This document shows, piece after piece, positions 58,950-64,000 of a stretch of 64,000 bases of DNA. Numbering within the stretch: position 1 is the stretch's first letter; each line of letters opens with the position of its first letter. The notes beneath the pieces are model-generated. The model was given only the letters and a program-made list of their open reading frames with translations. It was not told the origin of the DNA and ran no database searches. This DNA comes from Selaginella moellendorffii (taxonomy: Eukaryota; Plantae; Lycopodiophyta), in contig NW_003314311.1 of NCBI RefSeq assembly GCF_000143415.4, positions 1,409,133-1,473,132 on the forward strand, written 5' to 3'. The translations under genes were made by a program, and so were the position numbers.

Positions 58950-59450
58950 AACAGTTTGGGCAAAAAGATTTGAGCTTTAGTGATAGCATCAGTTAATGTT
59001 GCTAGAAAATCCTTCTTGACCTTTTGCTACACATTCATTGAGCTCAAACCTTTAATAAAATATTGCACCTTTAGTAGCTCATTATACATGCCTGTAAGAC
59101 TAAGACAAAGATCACAAAACTTGCGAGTATATGCATCTAAAGACAAAGTCCTCTGTCGGATCTCTAACAGCTAATTCACGAGATTAACCTCTTCAAACTT
59201 TTTGACAAACAAAGTGTGGAAAGTTTTTGTCAAGTCAATTTAAGAAGTCAACTTCAGATTAGCTTTGATATAGTTCTTCCACCATGAAGAAGCATGGCCT
59301 GTAAGCTCCATCACAAAAAATCATTTTTCACCTTATCTTCACAAGGATTGTGAGATTAACAACTTTCCCACAATTCCAACCAAGAATTAACCTCTTGGCT
59401 ATCACAGATATCTAGTGATGACTTCCATTCCATAATATCATAGTCTTTGG
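58950..59450 (-). mobile_element. Ty3/gypsy-type gag remnant
   Basis: Minus-strand translation ELTGHASSWWKNY...FHTLF...LLEIRQRTLSLDAYTRKF fits the Retrotrans_gag pattern, with stops. Confidence 0.6.
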
Positions 59451-59742
59451 CATGACATACTAATGGTAATCACGGACATGAGATTGATTCAACCTTTGAG
59501 GGTCCACGCGAAGCAAGAAATCTTTAATGAGATTAATGCTATTCGACATAGACATACATAATCCAGCTACAATGATAATATTGAAGACACTAACTAGCAC
59601 CAATATACATATAGCTTTTACAACAGTAATATTCAAGAGACTATAGAGTATCGACATCAAACAAATCTTAATAATTCCTCATTGAGTATTAATTACACTA
59701 AACAGCAGTCAATTTCCAATTCCCATTTGCCCCCTTCACCTC

Positions 59743-62700
59743 TGTAGCGCATGTGGTTTTGACCCTTTATCCTATAGTGGTTTACCATAGGATAACACCA
59801 CGAAGCGGAACCTAAACCCTCTTTATGCCATGTGACACATGCCACATGTCATATGCCACGTGTCCAAAGGACAATGGTGCAGAACTCGAGGTCTAGGGCC
59901 TTGGGCCACTGAACGAAGGAATTGTGCCAAACTCCCAAGTATGGAGCCAAGGAGTGACGAAACCGATCCACGGAGCAACTCTTGAGCGTATAGCCCAAGG
60001 AGTAAAGGGACAGGAGCCTGGAGCAACTTGGAACAGTCCTAGAGCAACCAGCATCCCAATGCCAGGACCAACACGCAAAACGGAGCCAAACGGAGCCAAA
60101 CGAAGTTTGGCACTATTTCGGCATACCAATGGCCTAACGCGAAGACATGGGTACTCCACCAGCTAGCATGGAATGGAACTTGGGCTTAGACCCAAGCCAA
60201 ACGCAAAACAAGGATAGGCACGCAAGTGGGAGTTAAACTCAAGTTAGTTGGCCTCAAGTTAGTTGCCTCAAGTTAGTTGGCCATGCCCGACCTACCCACT
60301 ATCCCTACTATACATTTAGAACCCCCCCCCCCTTGAGGAACACACGCTTTGGGCTTTCACCCCAAGCCTCCCTTAGTATCAGGAGTTAGTCTCTGGAATA
60401 AGCTCGAAATTTACTAAATATGGAATAGCGCTAGATTGCGAATTTGGACATGGGATGAACACCATTGTGTTCAAATCGATCTCTACATTCCGTAGATATG
60501 CCAAATGAGCAAATCTGGACACTTTCCATAACTAGCATTTGGGACCGAAATGAGACTAACACAAAGGGCATGATAGTGAAGGTGTTTGGCAGACACAATA
60601 AACTATCATGTAGCGATATTGAGGGACTAGTCTCAATACGCGAGGGTTCTTGTCAAGCCAGTGCAAGATAGAGCAAAAGAGAACTAACAAGCCAGGCCAA
60701 GTATACTCAGCTAAATAGACATTTAGGAATTCCTTCTTTATGCTCATCCGGCCAAGTACAGATGCAAAGTCCAATTTACTAACACTTGAACAAGAGGGGC
60801 TAATAAAGGGAACCAGCAATACTGACCTCTTGCCATCGTGGCAGTAAGGTAAGAGTGTCCGTAAGGACTAGCCGATAAGTAACTTTCGATACCCGAAGTC
60901 ACATTCGCGACACTCTCCCCCCCTAAGGAAGATTGACGTCCTCGTTGATGCATACTCGAGTCTAGAATATCGCCAAGGAAACAACTCCAAAAAAAGTTCA
61001 CGGTATTCACACTATATGAGAAATGCACCAACTTAAATGAGTTAGGAGTTAACCTCTGTGTCTAACACAGATGCACTACTAGCTCAAACACCTTTTGGCC
61101 GTCGCCAACAAGGAAATGACCAATGGAGTCAGCCACCCTTGTTGCTCTGGGAGTCACCCAGCTTACAAAAGTGTGATACGCCCCTGCCCGCAAGGACATA
61201 GAGAGAGAAGCCAGAGGCCCCAACCCTCATGAGCAAAGAAACCAAACTCGTTGGTAAGGTTTAGATAGACTACTATAAACAGGCAGTGAGAGTTGTTTAC
61301 ATGGTCACGCCCTTTGAACGGAATAAGAAACATCGATAGAGAGGCGGGTTATATGACCAGTTAACAGTAGCTACCCCATGACTAAAGATTTCAGTATGCA
61401 CACGAAGTGCCGAAGCCAGTCTACCTATACTGGCCCAAACTCAAAGATTAATAGATGGACAATATCAAAGTCATAAACAATGATATCTTAAAGGCTTAAT
61501 TATCAGTGAATAAACCTTAAATTAGAACACAAAACCATTTCAAGTAAGTTATCATCCGATAAACCAGTAGTATAGTATAGGAACCACCAAAATCATCATT
61601 TTCAGAAATATAGGACTAACCATCCAACAAAAGTCAATAGTAAATATATCATCAAGGAAACTTAATGATGAAACTTAACTATCAAAGATGGTAGACTATG
61701 CCAAACAACTTACTAAATAAAGATAACCTAAAGAACACCAAGTATTAGTGACGGACAAGCACAATGCTCGCGAATGTATCACCCGAAGAAAATAACATCC
61801 AAATCTATCAAAATTAACTTGAACAACAATCAACAAAATAGAATGAATGCGGTAAGATCAACAAACACTCATGCTTGCTAACTATCGCACTAGCTAATCT
61901 GAATAGATTCCGGTTAATAATACCAAGGAACCAGAGTTGCTCAAGCAAGCGTCAGCAACATCCTATTGATGTCTCAAACCCAATAAACCAATCCAGAGCA
62001 AACCACATGTGGTATTGCAAAAAGCCAAAAGCCATCAAAGAGAATAACTAACTATCATGAAAGACTATTAATCATCCCATCAAAAAGAGATATGCATAAT
62101 CATCGTCAAAGAAGAAATCCACTATTTCAAAGAATAGCAAATCATTCTATATCAACAACAATCAAGTAAAACCTTTTGACAAGGATAATCAACTACCTTA
62201 GATGATAGTCAGTCATCACCAATGATTGCCAGATGCAAAAGTTAACTTCAACATCGAAGCTAATGAGCCAAAATGCCTTCTCTAACAACTTTTAACAAAA
62301 TAGAACAATGAGCACAAAACTCAAAGACCAAAAGCTTGAAGAAGTCTATAGCCAAGTCTTGCCTAATAATGGTCACGAATCTCGCATGAACTAACTTCAA
62401 TGCTAAGAAGAAAATCATGCTGTAACCCACAATATCCTTCTCAACACATCCATAGCCAAACTTCATAATGCCAAAGCTAATGAAGAGCATATTTGCATCA
62501 ATCCAAAAGCTAAGCATAATGGAGTTATGCTCAACAAGTGATCATGAAACGATCCTCCATGAATCCATCTATAGCAAGACGTAACTCACTTCATAACAAG
62601 CATAAGAAGATTATCAATGATCAATATATCTCAACTGAAATCCAATAAGGATTCAATCATTAACTTTTCCTCTTATAGAGGTAGTATTGTCTACGACTAA

Positions 62701-64000
62701 ATCACTTTTTTCAAGGAAAAGCCAAAGCTCAACCCCTACTAAATAATCTCGTCTAGAACACAACTAACTCAAACTTGCCACTTAATTCATTTGAACGTCA
62801 ACACAGTTGCTAACTAGCAAATGCACGAATGCTAATAACACAAAGCCATAGCCAAATCATCAACACTATCTTCATCGAGACTAATGAAACTCAATGTCAA
62901 TCCTAAGGGGAAAACATCTCACCTCACTTGAATCTCAACATCAATAATGTCAACGATAAAGTATCACTTCAATGCCATTAACACCATAAAAAAGCTAAAA
63001 GAAAGCAAGAGTGAATCACCACTCAAAACTTTCTAGCAACCAAGCTAACCAAAGTTGAAGATACTATACTTAGTATCCGAGACTAATCCTCCAACAATAC
63101 TCAGTTACAGATAACACTTTCTCAAGGAGTGAATCACCACATCCAAGTTTCCATAAAATCCAACACTACAAACTAACGAATCCAAATGATATTGACAGAG
63201 GTAGAGCCAACATGCTAACATGGAAAAACCATGTAAGTCTAACGACACAATCCTCCACAACACCATTCAGTAAAGTAAGCCCACCATTGCTAAATCTTCA
63301 TTGAGTGAAGCAAGTGTCAATAATCCTCGACAAAGTTTACAAGCAATCACTAGTCGCAAAGCAATCAACAATCACTTTCCAACTTGCCTTCACAAGACCC
63401 GAACACTAAACTCATGTCATCGAGTCATATACTCATCCAACATGAACGTAATACCCCAGATACGAGATAAAGGTTCACGGACAAGGATAAACTAAATGAC
63501 CACTCAAATCCAACTCAATTGCGATAAGCTCACTAACACGTTTAGCCAACAACTCTGAGCATGCCTTTTGAAGAGCATGATCAACACTTAGTCAAAACTA
63601 AAGTGAAGACCATAAGATGAACTCATATCAGTACACAACCTCCTCATAGACAAAGCTATAGTACGGGTACCAACATCTCAACCTCGAACAACTAAGTTGG
63701 ACATCACCATCCTCAGCCAAAGCATAGGGCCACCAAGCCAAATCAAGATCAGTGAGAGCTCACTACTCTCATAGAATCTTAACGGAATGCAAGGTGCAAC
63801 TTGCCACCAAGCACAACACTAGAAGAAAGGCACAAGGGTCACCCTTCTTAGAAAAGTGCAATGGCCACTTTTCTATACCAACTTCAGACTCTATCCAACT
63901 CAATTGCTTTAGCCCCAAAGTTAACATCTTTTTCGAGTTGCATCATACAAACTACCTATTAAGGTCTAAATTAACCAAAGTCAACTTCAACCCCTTCACT
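59743..64000 (-). mobile_element. LTR retroelement, family A (3' LTR 59743-60912, PPT, internal region running off window)
   Basis: Reverse-complement match to 32050-36431; PPT ctctcccccc at 60913. Confidence 0.92.

Overview
Eukaryotic nuclear DNA from a non-flowering land plant, most likely the lycophyte Selaginella (inferred from introns of about 50-60 nt, tightly packed genes and PPR genes built from tandem 31-aa S-type motifs). Layout: (1) 1-~10285 is a large DNA-transposon-like element with a Sola/DUF7869-like DDE transposase (+), a divergent ParB-like gene broken by three in-frame stops (-), and about 25 copies of one 22-24-bp palindrome. (2) ~10286-17800 holds LTR debris and an AT-rich secreted bulb-type-lectin gene. 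(3) 18245-26400 is a gene island: MSI4/FVE-like, DUF1191, chloroplast trigger factor and a GH5 glucosidase. (4) 26522-44520 is an 18-kb repeat block apparently inserted between two formerly adjacent genes. It contains a full-length non-coding LTR element with a nested 5S-bearing Cassandra-like solo LTR, an inverted second lectin copy and a decayed beta-class DNA amino-methyltransferase-like gene. (5) 44804-54857 is a second gene island: YCF37-like, four PLS-class PPR genes (one with DYW) and SNX2. (6) 55000-64000 is retroelement remnants. All calls come from reading motifs by eye; no searches were run.
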